64,000 bases of DNA, from positions 47,618,001 through 47,682,000 of the forward strand of contig OZ076413.1 in assembly GCA_964187785.1 (NCBI GenBank), read 5' to 3'. A program made the position numbers and the translations under genes. Source of the DNA: Amphiscolops sp. MND2022 (taxonomy: Eukaryota). This document shows, one piece after another, positions 51,783 through 64,000 of the stretch; within the stretch, counting starts at the first letter, position 1, and each line of letters opens with the position of its first letter. The notes under the pieces were generated by a model. The model had not been told where the DNA came from and made no database searches. It saw nothing but the letters and a program-made list of their open reading frames with translations.

Positions 51783-52261
51783 CCAATTTTTTGAAAGATT
51801 CTCTAAACTTCCGTAATTACTGCATTTAAATATTTCCGTTCTTTTCCATTTAATGAAACTGCTTGAAAATGGCAGAAATTCGAAGCAGTTCTATTTTAGA
51901 TTGTAATTATGGTGACATCAGTTTTACCGTCATTTTCATTCGAATTGATTTAATCCACAGTAAAAACTGCAAACTAGCGTCATCTTAAGCATCTGAGAAG
52001 TGGAGAGCACAACAAATGTTTATTTAAAAATTCAAAATGTCAATTCTATTTTTCTGAGGGAGTTTGAAATTGAGGAACATTGGTTAGAAATTTACATCAA
52101 AAAGCCAGTCATTTCTATACAGTGCTTTTTTCAATTTTCAATTCATTTTTTCGTCATTGATGCTTTTCCATAATCCACATGTTCCTGTCCGTAATGAAGG
52201 GAGAGATAGTTTCGCTTGTAATTCCAATACGAGAAATAGTGATGTAATCTTTACAACTACA

Positions 52262-55200
52262 ATGAAAAACAAAATTTACCACCTGAAGCTAACTGAATTT
52301 TGTAAGTTTTATCGAAATAATTACGCTGCATGCAGACCTGCAGCATGTTCAACGTTCTAACAACTGTGGTTCCAACTTTTTTGATCTGAAACGAATTTCT
52401 AGCATTTAAAAAAAAAAACAAAATTGATTACTCATTTTTATGTTGCAGTGGTGCTGTTGTTGGCTTTCCCAGGAGTTGTTCATGGGTGTTCGCGGGATAC
52501 CGAATGCTTTCAAGCCCTTGGTCAGAGATGTTGCAACAGCAATTGCATGTCATGGGACGACTGCAAAAAGTGAGATAATAATTTGGTTTAATACCCAATT
52601 AAATTAACTATTCTATTCTATTCTATTCTATTCTATTCTTTTCTATTCTATTCTATTCGATGTAATTCCCAAATAAAATAAATCAACCGCTATAGAATCT
52701 TAGAACAAACTTAATTTTCCTACGGAGGTTTGAAATTCATGTTTATATGTATATTAGTTCAATTTTACATCCAAAAGGCAGTGGTTTTTATTCAGCGCTG
52801 CTTTTTTTCAATTTTAATTCGTTTTTGCTCTACTGATGTATTTTCATTGACCACCAAAAATTCACCGAGTTATGACGTCATTCTATGGAATATTTTCCTC
52901 GTTGTTCTCTTTCGCAATTTTCGAGGGATTGCAGGTAGCATTTGGGACCCTTCATTGTGAACACTTTTACATATGGGACATAAAGCTTTACGACGGGTCT
53001 AACTGTTACAGATAATCGAGTTTGGAGTTTTGTACTAACAAAATAACTTCTAACAAAATAACGATTATCAATGAACTACTCTTTTAAGACTGAAGCGAAC
53101 AAAACGAGTCGGTGAGACAAAGACTTCGTTTTTGAGATCTCGTTTAGTTACTCTGGAAAACATAATTTGTACAAACTTGGAAGAACTACTTTTGAATTCG
53201 CTGAACCATTGATACTGTGTTGTAACTCAAGAAGAGCTGTTCCGGAACGAGATAATTTATTGAGCAGTCCGAAGCCTTCCGCGTCAGTTTCTTCTAAAGA
53301 AAGAAATCTTCCTAAAGCAAAGTTTTTCGTACTGTAATTGACGCTTTTTGTAGATTTAATTTCTTTCTCCCTCTTGTATCGTCAGGCAGTCGATGTTACA
53401 AAATTTCGATGAAAAATTCGAAATGTGCGATATCAAATAAGCACATTCAGGATGGCCGACCCGGCAGGTATGAAAATCATAGAAGAACCAAAAAACGTAA
53501 AAACGAACCACCCCGTAGTCCCCGACACCCGAAGACACCCGGAAGAGGCTGAAAAGGGAGTGAAACCCAATATGGTGCCATATCCAGGAAAATGTCGGAA
53601 GAGACCCTCTAGGTTCAAGGTGCAACCTGTCAGTGTATCTGTGCAAGAACACTGAATCCTTCTTGAAGATGCCCGAGGAACTCTTAGTACTTAATTTCAT
53701 TGTTATTAATGTTTTTGGCAGATTTGTGATGAAATTGGATCCAGCAGATCCCATATTTGCTGATTTTAGATCTAATTCTGCAAATATAATGTACTTTTGC
53801 TGAACACCGGTTTTGGACCTCGGAAGTATGTAGGAGTCGCGGGAACACGCTAGAAACCTTAGGATTTGTTTTTACAGGCTTGTGGGGCGTGTCCAGACTT
53901 TGAGAGTGCCGGCGCGTCGCTTCGGAGCTCTAACTAGAGGAGCCTCCTTAGACGTCAGAAAAGTCCCCCTAGGAGACCATTTTGGGAGAAAAACTAATGT
54001 CTAGGGTTGTAGTAAGACAACATCTCCTGGTTAAGCACCCTAGGCATTGTCCCTCTTCCTAGATGTGCGCCGCTAGCCGGACGTTACATCTTTATCCCCG
54101 TATTTACTGCTCCTTATCATTGTCTCTCGGATTAAGCCTCGACGACCCTGAATGGATGTCGCCATAAATTGTGTTTTGATGAATCTGTTTTCGAAATCAA
54201 AAAATATTACACGTTTTTATGACTTCATTTCTGGAGCCTGAGTAAAATAGTGATAGTAAAACACTAGTAGTAAAGCATTATATCGTCCCATATAGGTATA
54301 CCACCCTTACGGTTTTAGAAACAGTTTAGGTCCTCAAGTTTAGGTAGTGGATGGAGCCGTTCAGTAATTGATGGTAAGTTAGTTTCGTCATGTTTGGACC
54401 CTCGTGCACAGGGTTCCGGTTGTTTTTTGAAAAGGGGATCAACATTCACTTGAACTAACGTGCATTTGAATGTTTTTGATAAAAAATAAATGAAACGTTT
54501 CTGCTTTGATGGTTTCACCGATATGTACGTTCAATTGTGTTTCTAAAAATGTTGATGCTACTTTTCTGTAGAATGCGTCTAGCTCTCAGATTTAAAAAAA
54601 ACAGTTATTACATGAATATTTAACACCTTGACTTTGCTGATAAGCTTTGACAAGCGACAAAAACATCCACGTCTCCCAGCCGATAGACTGTCGTTTGCCA
54701 AGACTTATTACAACCATTAAGTTGTCTAGTTATGGGTAAAACACTAACAATTTTTCAAGTGTGCAAACTTAGATCGAAAGTGTTTTATTAGTTGTTTCGT
54801 GCTGTCATCTGTAACTTGTCGTGAGGTGAAGGACACCTTTGGCACACACAAGAAAGCTCAAGCTAACCCTAGGTGCGGTATGTTGCCCACTGAATGCAAT
54901 TTAATGTGTCTGTAGGGATCACCCTGAAGAATGGGACCGCAAGGATATCTATTTGAAGAGTTATGATCTGTACTGTGATTACGACGGGGACTGTGAAGAG
55001 GCGGCCGATGCCAAGATGTATGTCAAGAGCAACGAGAGAAAATGTTGCGACAATTGGTGCGAGAAAAATTGCAATGTGTAAGTGTCATTCACCGGATCAA
55101 TGTCCATAAAGTTTCTGTATATGACTGCATGTAAGAAAATATGTTCTGAATTCTACTGCCCAACTAGAACAAACCTGAGGAGGATCTGTTGAAAACAAAC

Positions 55201-56196
55201 CTTATGCTCTGATAGTCTCCAAAATTGCTGTCGTTGTCAAATAACAGAGGCTATCTTCGCTTCTGGAAAATTGCAACAAATGAAAATTGGAAAAATGTTG
55301 AAGTTCTTATTACTCGCTCAAAACACTCAATTATAAGTCATTTTGGTGGCTGCAAAAATTAATTCATCAGTTCACATTGTTTTAGCAGGTTTTTCCAAGA
55401 AGTCTGCACTTTAAAAAATTTACCAGAATCAGCAAATTTTTGTAGCAGAAATTTGCGTGATCAGTGGCTCAGTGACAATCACGTGGGTGTTGAAATGTTT
55501 TTAAATTTGTGTCATTGGTTTCAGAGACCCGATCGGTGTCGTGATTTTCATCATATTCGTCTGCTTGTGCTGCTGTGGCTGTTGCATTGGCATCCCCATC
55601 GCCGCATATTTTGTTGTCAAGAAGCAGAGTAAGTTTTTTCGGCATCATATGAACCACTTGTTTTGTTACGTTCTTCTCGTATGGGGTAGACTCTACACTT
55701 CGGTTTAAAAAAAAAGAACTACAAGTGAAACAAATCTTTCTTATCAGCCAGTGACAATTTTCATAACCAGTAAACCATACAATAGATAGGCTTTTGTTCT
55801 CCTTTTCTGAAACAGTTGCTACTCAACGATAATGCGTCTTCGAAACTTTTGGGGGAAATCGGCTCAATACATGGAGCTCATAGTTGTTTCAACCTTCTTA
55901 AAGCCAATTTGAAACAATTAATTTTTTTGTTAGAGCATCATCCATTTTATTAACCCATTCCAAGCAACTCAACTCTTGAGTTTTGCTTCGAAACTACATG
56001 TCTTTTCGAGCCTGATCCAATTTTTTTCTTCAACTCGTTTCTTGATTTCTGTGGTTTTTCAGACAAAAACAAAGTTCAAGGTCACATGATGGCCCCTGGA
56101 ACTCAGTACCCTGGAGCTCAGTACCCTGGAGCAGCACCCTACAACTCCATGTATCCACCCGCTCCTCCTACTTATCAACCACCCGACAAAATTTGA
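52262..56196 (+). CDS. Host gene B: paralog of gene A (Cys-rich ectodomain, TM, PPxY tail)
   Basis: Exons 52262-52301, 52449-52569, 54916-55077, 55525-55628, 56063-56196 join in frame: MKNKIYHLKLTEFLVLLLAFPGVVHG-CSRDTECF..RCCNSNCMSWDDCK..CDYDGDC..KCCDNWCEKNC..DPIGVVIFIIFVCLCCCGCCIGIPIAAYFVVKKQ..YNSMYPPAPPTYQPPDKI*. The homolog of the 21-nt exon (~54852-54872) lacks an in-phase acceptor. Confidence 0.75.
52608..52658. repeat. (TTCTA)n microsatellite in intron of gene B
   Basis: About 10 pentamer units. Confidence 0.9.
53375..54088 (+). mobile_element. Solo LTR (714 bp) of the G1/G2 lineage, in intron 2 of gene B
   Basis: tgtatcgtcaggc...gccggacgttaca terminal inverted repeat; shares aaaatttcgatgaaaa with the G1 LTR 5' end; 3-bp TSD tct (53372-53374 / 54089-54091). 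Confidence 0.85.
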
Positions 56197-56600
56197 GGGG
56201 GGAAAGATCAATTCACTGATAGAGATACACACTGATAGTGAACAAAAGTGGATAAACAAACATAAAATTGACTCTTGGAAAAATCGAAAAGGTCAATGAT
56301 ATTTGAATGACTTCGGTAAACAAACATGTAATGAAATCGAAACATTAATTTCACAATGGAGCCATATTTGTTGAAACTATATGCCCTTTGAAAAAAGTTC
56401 AAGCGAATTGCTCTATGATTTTTACCTTAGTTATAACATATATTTGACCGAAATCACGGTAAAATTGATGAGCTCTCAGGTGCTTTCAAAATTATAATTG
56501 CTGCCTTACGATACCTGCAAAACTACGCGGCTGGCAATTGCCGCCAAATTCAAGAAGCATCTCATAAGCAGCTTGATAAAATTAAAATGAATCAGTGAAC

Positions 56601-57878
56601 TGTCGGAACGACTGTTGCCACTAGTTGTTGCCGTGTTTAGTTCATTCCCTTCCCTAGGGTTAGAGGATATCTGTTGAGTAAGGGCCAAGACGAGGTTCGT
56701 TAGTTCCCCTATTGGTGTATTCATGTCATAAAATCGCTGGCCAATCATGTCCTTTTCTGAATTACGTTGTCGATTCAATAGTTCATCACTATCAAGTTCC
56801 GTCATTTGTTCTCTGGTAAGGAGGTCAGGAAAGCTAGTTTCACTCTCGTTATCGCTCATTGTTCTTTGTTCTGATGAATTATTCTTGTTAGTTTGAGATC
56901 TGGTAACTACCATACGAATAAAACGACGGAGAATTGAAGGTTTTATTGTTATCGTATAGATAAAACTGAGTAAAGTTTATGGAATGAGAAGTATCGTGAT
57001 TTTACTAAGTAAGATAGCAACTGAACGTAGTGCTCACAAATGCTGTAATGCTTGCTTCCAGAATGGACGCTTTCATTTTTCCACTTAACACCTTCAGTGG
57101 TCACTAATTATGGCGCTATCATTAGCAGGTGTTAATCTAGCACCAATAACAATTTCAGTGAAGAGAACGACTGCATGTCCCGGTCGTCGTAGCAACCAAT
57201 TATCTTACTGGTATTCAAATTACTCTTGTACGCTTTAAAAGCTTTAGCACCTACTCACACATTCACTATTTCGGGTTTAAAGTAACGACCGTGTAATTCG
57301 GTAGTCATGGTAACTTTACTCTAATATTGCACTCAAGTATTTGTTGATAATTGCAAAGTGGAAATATGATGACTGTGTGTTATAGTCGTACATGTACTGA
57401 TATTTGGTCAAATGGAATGGAAATGAAAGGTTATGAACACAAATGACTGGTTATCCCAAAAATATTTTGTATGTAATTTTAAACGAATGAAATAATGAGC
57501 ATCGGAAATGATGACAATGAGCGTCGGAATTGATAATGAGCATTAATAATGAGCATCGGAATTGAGCATCGGTCTCAGTCATGATTATATGAGTGTCTGA
57601 CTATACCAGTATTGGAAAAATATCACAATGGGCATGAAATGTATTTGGCGACTGTTTGTCTCAGTCGTACTTGCACTTAATAAGTAAAAATGATGGTTAA
57701 AACACTGCACACTATATACTTGACGACTGGTAACTTCAGTCGTTGTTTGTATCACGGTACTGTTTATTTGGTAATTCGTAATAGTATTTGTACATGATGA
57801 TTTGTGGTTCTGAGCATTTATGTCATTGAAATAGTTTTTAGAGTTTCTGCTATTCTGTCATGCTACTCAGGCATGACA
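56601..57878 (-). mobile_element. Solo LTR (1278 bp), long-LTR Gypsy type
   Basis: TG...CA ends; flanks tgaac / tgaat (4/5 TSD). Gag-like ORF MVVTRSQTNK.. starts at 56913 inside the LTR and runs out through its end at 56601. Confidence 0.75.
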
Positions 57879-58393
57879 TGAATTTCCTTGAGAATTTGAG
57901 AAAATAGTAAAAAAAAAGAGGTTCATAACTTACAAAAAGTTCGAGCAGCTGCAACCAGGGAGACTTAAAATATTAAAAAAAAAAATTTCGGCCAAAAAAT
58001 TTTGCTAGAGTATGGAGAATCGAAGGAAATTCAAAACATTGTTTTTTAAGGTGAATCACGCCATACTTGGGAAGTGCTCAAAACTGGTTTTACTGAATTA
58101 AATAACAGTATCTTTGGCTCTTAAAATCCGGTCAGATTTAATTGTTCAAGAAAAGTGTTTTGGCTAAGGAGTCAAAAACATTTGTTCCTACAGAGACCTT
58201 GTCTACAGAGCGCTTCGATACCGCAGACAATTGATTGAACTAGTAAGACAGTACACAATGAATCAAAATATATGTAAAAATATCCTCTTTGTCTACGGAC
58301 AAAAAAGCTAACACAAAGACTTTTCTTGTTGCCAAATACACCTATATATTGCCAAATACACCTATATTTAGCCCTCTCTTTAAAACGCATAAG

Positions 58394-59922
58394 TGTCCCA
58401 GGCGTCCGCCTGTGATGGAAATCTCTATTCAATTAGTCACAACTACAAGAAGGCGCAGCCCAACACCCTCCCACTGAATTAAGTCTTACAAGCTAAACTA
58501 TATTTGTTGCCTTAAAAGTCATGTAAAATCTTATATTTTATTTTATACGATTTATACTAAGTAATCACAAGTAAAATTATAGTACAGGCGCTAATAATAT
58601 GTATGTGAGTTAATTGGACACCAAGGCGTACAGGTAAAGGAAACGCGTTCAAATGTTTCCTCGCCTGTCGCCTTGGTCCGCGAGTCCGATTAACTCGTCA
58701 GCCAATCACAGTGCAGTATTATTTATCTTTATTTGCTGCTATACTATATCGGTAGATTAAAGGACTGGATGGCTATATGCCGCCAGTCAACAAAGCGGTA
58801 GTCCGCTCTAGTACATTGGACACTGAGTCCACTTTTGAATTAAAAGCGCTGTATAATTATTGGTACTGACTACATGATCACTAGTGTTTTGATTATTTAT
58901 GAAATGTACTATTAGCCCCTAAGGGACTCATGAACGATATTAGATATGTATTGTGGGTGCAATTCATATAATTCATGCAATAAGCGTTGCGTTGAAAAAC
59001 ATGTACAGTGTTCTATTTTATATTGTTGCTTGTCCTTATGGACTCACAGGCTTCCCGCCTACTCTAGCGGTCGGAAGGCCCTTTGATGTGTATAACGTCA
59101 CGATGATGCTAGTTACTATTTATAGCGTTTGGCTATATTTAGAAAGTCCTTATGGCTATTTTTAGAATATGATCATCATTTTATTGAGTGTCATGTAGAT
59201 TCAAATATATATAACCGGGACTGGTGGTCCCGGGGACAGAATTATCCTGATGATACTTTGATACGTTACTGTTGCGTTACTGTTGCGAATTGTTTATTAA
59301 AACTACCCGTTCATTTTCACTTTGCAAGCCCGAGATATTAATTTAAATTCTTGCCTCTTGCAATAATCTCTTATGCCTTCTACTAGACGTCAAAAGGCCA
59401 AAGCTAGGAGATCTAGAGAAATGGACATGCTGTCCGACTACGATAACCTAGACGTGATGTTGGGAAATGAAAATAATAATCCCATTGAAAGAGAACTAGC
59501 CGTAGCGATAGATCAGTCGTCGGCCCACGGGGACGCTGATACAAACGTGTACCATGAAAACGAGTTTAGAGATTACTTACATGAAAATGAACCTTTGAGG
59601 CAAAATGAAGTCAGGCAATCCTTTGAGGCCTTTTCAAGTGAGTTTAATCTTAGATTGTCTCAAGAAATGGAATTTATGGTGTCAATAATGCATAGCCAAA
59701 TAAATAGGGCTATAACAACAGCTATAGCTGAAAGAATTATTCCAGAAATCCAGAATATTGCGAACTCGATGTCTTCTATGGGACACAGGGACACTGAGGC
59801 CAGTTCGTCCCCAAATAGTCAGGAGAACAGGGAAAGCGCTCCCGGGCCTAAAATAAAAATTGCAAAGAAAGATTCAAGATCTGTAGGTGACTTAAGAGAT
59901 ACCATGGGTCATGGTTCTTACA
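58394..59922 (+). repeat. G3 5' LTR (~1.53 kb), containing the gag start
   Basis: Starts tgtcccaggcgtccgcc (cf. tgtcgcaggctgccgcc); ends cttaca at the position where the TSD-bounded solo LTRs end; followed by tggtgacagg. Confidence 0.8.
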
Positions 59923-61061
59923 TGGTGACAGGAGCTACCGACACCCAACCGCAAATTCCCGAATTTCTGACCGGACGAATCCACTCAATCCCGAACCTAG
60001 AGAGACAACAATCCACACACAATATCTCTCTGGACACGACTCTGCCAGCCCCGGCCCCAGAGGCTCCTGAACCTCCTCAGGACCCGTTTAATAGACTAGC
60101 CGACGTATTGGTCAATTTGCAAAACAAACCGCAATCTATGACCATCAGACCCGTACAAACAACCCCGATGACATTTGATGGGAAAAGTGAAAAATTTGAG
60201 CTCTTTGAGGACTTGTTCCATACGATGATCAAAATGCAGCCCACAATGACAGAACAAATGAAAATTAATCACTTTCATTCTTTGCTACGAAAAGGAGCAT
60301 TACAGACATTCAGGAACATAAACTCAATCAACCGTCAAACTCTCGAGGACGTACTGGTCATATTCCGGAGGAAATATGTCAAACCGGAATCACAAGCAAC
60401 GGCAAAGCATAAATGGCACCGATTGACCTTCGATCCAAGTACAATGAAACTACCAGACTTCTTGGAAGAACTGAACCAAGGTGCAGAAAAAGCATTTGGG
60501 GAAAACGCTAAAAGCATGATTGACAGCTTGTTATACGCGAAATTACCCCCAAAACTGAAACGATCTGTCAACATGGCCCGTCTGGAGAACGGGACGTATG
60601 AAGAAATAGTCGCTCATCTTGAAAGAGAACTGGAACTCAATGCATTAGAAGAGTCAGATGATCTGCCAATGGCCACTATGGCCTCGGCGTCCACGAGCCA
60701 TAACAATTTACTGTCTAATGGCATCAACACAAATAAAGACGCCCAATGCTCATACTGCAAGGCGACGGGTCACTATTACAAAAACTGCCCGAAACTCAAG
60801 AAGAAAAAGGAAACGGAGGACAAAGACGGTAAAAAACCTCAGCGTCCAACTTACCCACCGTGTGACACATGTGGCAAAAAGAACCACCCAACCGAAAGGT
60901 GCTGGCAAGGCGCCGGCGCCCACCTGCGACCCAAAAGGATGCAGACAGAACAAAATGACCGAAATGCTATAGACTCCGAAGGAAAGCCTAAAAAAGCAAA
61001 TGACCCAGAAACGGCTACTTCAAGCCAACCCAATACTAAAAAATCTGATTCAAAAAACTAA
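59373..61061 (+). CDS. G3 Gag (562 aa)
   Basis: Capsid-like FDGKSEKFELFEDLF region; two CCHC knuckles (CSYCKATGHYYKNC, CDTCGKKNHPTERC). Confidence 0.92.
   Translation: MPSTRRQKAKARRSREMDMLSDYDNLDVMLGNENNNPIERELAVAIDQSSAHGDADTNVYHENEFRDYLHENEPLRQNEVRQSFEAFSSEFNLRLSQEMEFMVSIMHSQINRAITTAIAERIIPEIQNIANSMSSMGHRDTEASSSPNSQENRESAPGPKIKIAKKDSRSVGDLRDTMGHGSYMVTGATDTQPQIPEFLTGRIHSIPNLERQQSTHNISLDTTLPAPAPEAPEPPQDPFNRLADVLVNLQNKPQSMTIRPVQTTPMTFDGKSEKFELFEDLFHTMIKMQPTMTEQMKINHFHSLLRKGALQTFRNINSINRQTLEDVLVIFRRKYVKPESQATAKHKWHRLTFDPSTMKLPDFLEELNQGAEKAFGENAKSMIDSLLYAKLPPKLKRSVNMARLENGTYEEIVAHLERELELNALEESDDLPMATMASASTSHNNLLSNGINTNKDAQCSYCKATGHYYKNCPKLKKKKETEDKDGKKPQRPTYPPCDTCGKKNHPTERCWQGAGAHLRPKRMQTEQNDRNAIDSEGKPKKANDPETATSSQPNTKKSDSKN
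61052..61058 (+). promoter_or_regulatory. -1 ribosomal frameshift slippery heptamer A AAA AAC
   Basis: X XXY YYZ heptamer immediately before the gag TAA; the -1 frame leads into pol. Confidence 0.8.
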
Positions 61062-64000
61062 TTTTGCCACGACTCCAAATACATGACTATATGTCGGTTC
61101 GACAATATGTCATTTCAGATCCTCCAATAATCAAATACAGCCAAACAATCAAGGATACAAAAGGAATTCCCACTGTTGTCTGGCAGCAACAGATGGAACA
61201 AGCATATATCCGAACATATAAAATAGTACATAATGATCGCCCAGACCGATTTTACGAAATCGACTATACTAAAGACTTCGAGACTCAATTCCGTCCCTTA
61301 CCCTTGATCGAAGATTATCACCCTCAATACCCCGATCCTGATTACGGCAAAGACCCGTATTGGGACGACGAACTCTACGACAGACAAAAACTCCAGTTTA
61401 GACAAGACGAATATCCACCAACGGACGACGAGGACGATCCCCCGATAGTGGACAACAAACTATCCAGGGCCCTCATTGAACTTTGGCAGCCAAATTCCGA
61501 AGCACTTTTAGAAGAAATAGAGGAAACTCAAGAGCAAGAAGACTTTCAAGGCCCCGACAGCCTTTTAGACGAAACAGCCTTCTTGCACATCCTAGTGGAA
61601 AAACAAGGAGAACCGTCATACGTTCCCCTCTCCACCAACCTTGGCCTCAAAATCAAAAGGCGGATGCTATATTTCCCAATGGACTTTGGAGAACTAACAT
61701 TAGATGGTCTCATAGACACTGGGGCCCACTCCAGCGCGATACCAGAAGCTGACCTTAGGAAAATACGGCTACTTGCACCCCAATCAATAGTGAAAGAGGG
61801 TCCTGCCCCGTCATTCCAAATTATGGTCGCAAATGGAGACCTGGAAACTCCGAAGAGTACAGTAGAACTGAAGTTCGAAGTAGGGGACATAGAGTTCCAC
61901 GAAATCTTCATAGTGATGGAAAAATTATCCAGCCCCATAATTGGACTTATGTTCTTACAAAGAAACCACACAGTCCTAGATATGCGCCAAGGCATATTTA
62001 ACTTTCCCTTCTTCTCGATGCAATGGAAAACAGCTGACCATAAGTACTCCAATGTAATGGAACCTATCCTCAACCCCGAGGATATAACGATTCCGCCAAA
62101 TGGACGTACAATCATCCCTATCCAATCTCACATTTATGCAGAAAACGCTGTCACTGGAATCTTACAACTCAGTGACCTTCTAAACGAAGAAAATGATATA
62201 ACATTTTGTGCCGCCATAGTCACACTGGACGAAGGGACTACGAGGATCCATGTCAACAACTTCACAGACCAGCCCTTTAAACACAAAAAAGGGATGCACA
62301 TAGCGAATTTCTCAGTGATGACTCCAGAGCAAATGAAACATGTTAGGCCAATAGACCCAGTGTCCACTTGGCACCTACTCAATGAAAATGAAGAAGATGC
62401 TATTTATTATATCAGCAGCCTTCTCAAAGCCAACAGGAACAATGACCAATACGAACAATACTGGTTTCCAACACCCGAAAACCCAGGGGACGAAGAGTCC
62501 CATACTCCAATACAAAAGAGAATTCTTAGAGAATTACGAAACCTGCAAGAAGCAGAAAAACTAAATCCACAAGACAATGAAGAATCTCGACAAAAATTCC
62601 TCAGTAACTTTGACTGGAAGGACTCAATGCTACAACAGCATGAAATCAAACAGATAGAAGCGCTATTAGTCGAATTTCACGACATATTTGCCCGTCATGG
62701 GTTTGACATTGGTATGAATGAGGAGTTCACGGTCAAATTGACCCCGAAGGACGACTCTCCTGCCTACAGCCAGAGCTTACCAACTCCGGTCAATTTAAAA
62801 GAGGACATATTGGTCGAATTAGCGTCACTACACAAATATGGTATTATAACAACATTACCATTCTCAAAGTACGCTAGCCCTATCTTTGCACAAAAGAAGC
62901 CTAATGGGAAACTGCGACTACTGGTAGACCTCCGGAAGATCAACAATCTCATTTCTGACGACTATATCAACAACAACCATCCAGTCAGCACCTTAACGGA
63001 CGCTGCACAACATATGGCCGGAAAGAAACTTTTCTGTAAGCTTGACTGTTCGCAAGCGTACCATTGCCTTCAAATGGCGGACCAACGGTCTATAGAGATG
63101 TTGGCCTTCAACTTTGCCAGCCGAACGTTTGCATATCGAAGATTGGCCCAAGGTCTCAGCAGTGCCTTATCGGCATTCTCCAGTTTTATGAGAGAATATT
63201 TGGACCGTGTCATCAAAGCCGATCAATGTGCCCAATACGTGGATGATATTGGCATCGCGGCCAACGACGCTGAGCATCTCATTAAAAATCTCAGAGCAAC
63301 TTTCGAATGCATCCGAGAGGCTGGATTGAAATTAACGATGCATAAATGCCACTTCGGAGCAACTGAGATTGATTTCTTAGGAAGGACAATCACCCCTGAG
63401 GGTGTCAAGCCCCAGAAGGAACGAGTCATACAATTCCTAGAAAAAACGAAATTCCCAAAATCCAAAAAAGCCTTACAACGTTACCTCGGATTCCTTAATT
63501 ATTATAGAAACTACATACCGAGGTTATCAGAAAAATTAGTCCCTTTCTTTCAACTATTAAAGAAGGACGAAAAGGTCTTAGTCACAACGGAATTGATTGA
63601 ACAATTCAACGAGATCAATAGAGATTTGGACAGATGCACCCAGCTAGCCCTGAGGCAGCCCTTGCCAAATCGACAGCTAGTCCTGATGACAGATGCTAGC
63701 TCCACAGCAGCCGGATATGCTATACTTACTGAAGATGATCCAAATCAGAAATTTACCTCAGTCAAGAAATCCTATGCGCCTATTGCATATGGTTCAAAAA
63801 CTTTTACTCCTTCACAGCTTAAAATGTCAATTTATGCGAAGGAATTTTTAGCCATCTATTACGCCTTCAAAGAATTTGGACATATATTCTGGGGCACACC
63901 TAAGCCGGTGATTATCCTCACAGACAACAAATCGGTCACAAGGTTCTTCCAGACTAAAATAATACCGCCGCCATTATGGAACGCGTGTGACTTTGTTATT
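61052..64000 (+). CDS. G3 Pol (protease, RT, RNase H; partial, runs off the window)
   Basis: -1 frame of gag; LIDTGA at ~61709 and YVDD at 63236 are in the same frame, with RNase H LMTDAS near 63683; no stop found (hence absent from the ORF track). Confidence 0.9.

Larger units (their letters stand above)
58394..64000 (+). mobile_element. G3: Ty3/Gypsy element with a long LTR, truncated by the window end
   Basis: 5' LTR 58394-59922 homologous to the solo LTRs at 7339 and 49864; followed by tgg (PBS); intact gag and pol. Confidence 0.92.

Overview
AT-rich eukaryotic (invertebrate-metazoan-like; ~43-nt GT-AG introns) genomic DNA dominated by nested transposable elements. There are two host genes: paralogous spliced genes (2139-6504, 52262-56196) for small single-pass proteins with a signal peptide, Cys-rich ectodomain, TM segment and PPxY tail. 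Two full-length giant Ty3/Gypsy LTR retrotransposons (G1 7488-26719, 19.2 kb; G2 32367-48704, 16.3 kb) and a related solo LTR (53375-54088) define a lineage with an unusual set of traits. All three insertions have 3-bp target-site duplications. G1 and G2 also have a tRNA-Arg-like PBS displaced 15-17 nt from the LTR, an apparent tandem aspartic protease, and an integrase tail with AT-hooks, a Cys motif and two TARG1/Poa1p-like macrodomains. G1 alone carries an extra non-env ORF with an SGNH-hydrolase-like core. A second Gypsy group has 1.3-1.9 kb LTRs with 5-bp TSDs. These LTRs encode the first ~100-185 codons of Gag, so the PBS lies inside gag (one element running off the window end, plus four solo LTRs). 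Several MITEs/DNA-transposon derivatives are also present. Domain calls come from motif recognition by eye, not database searches.
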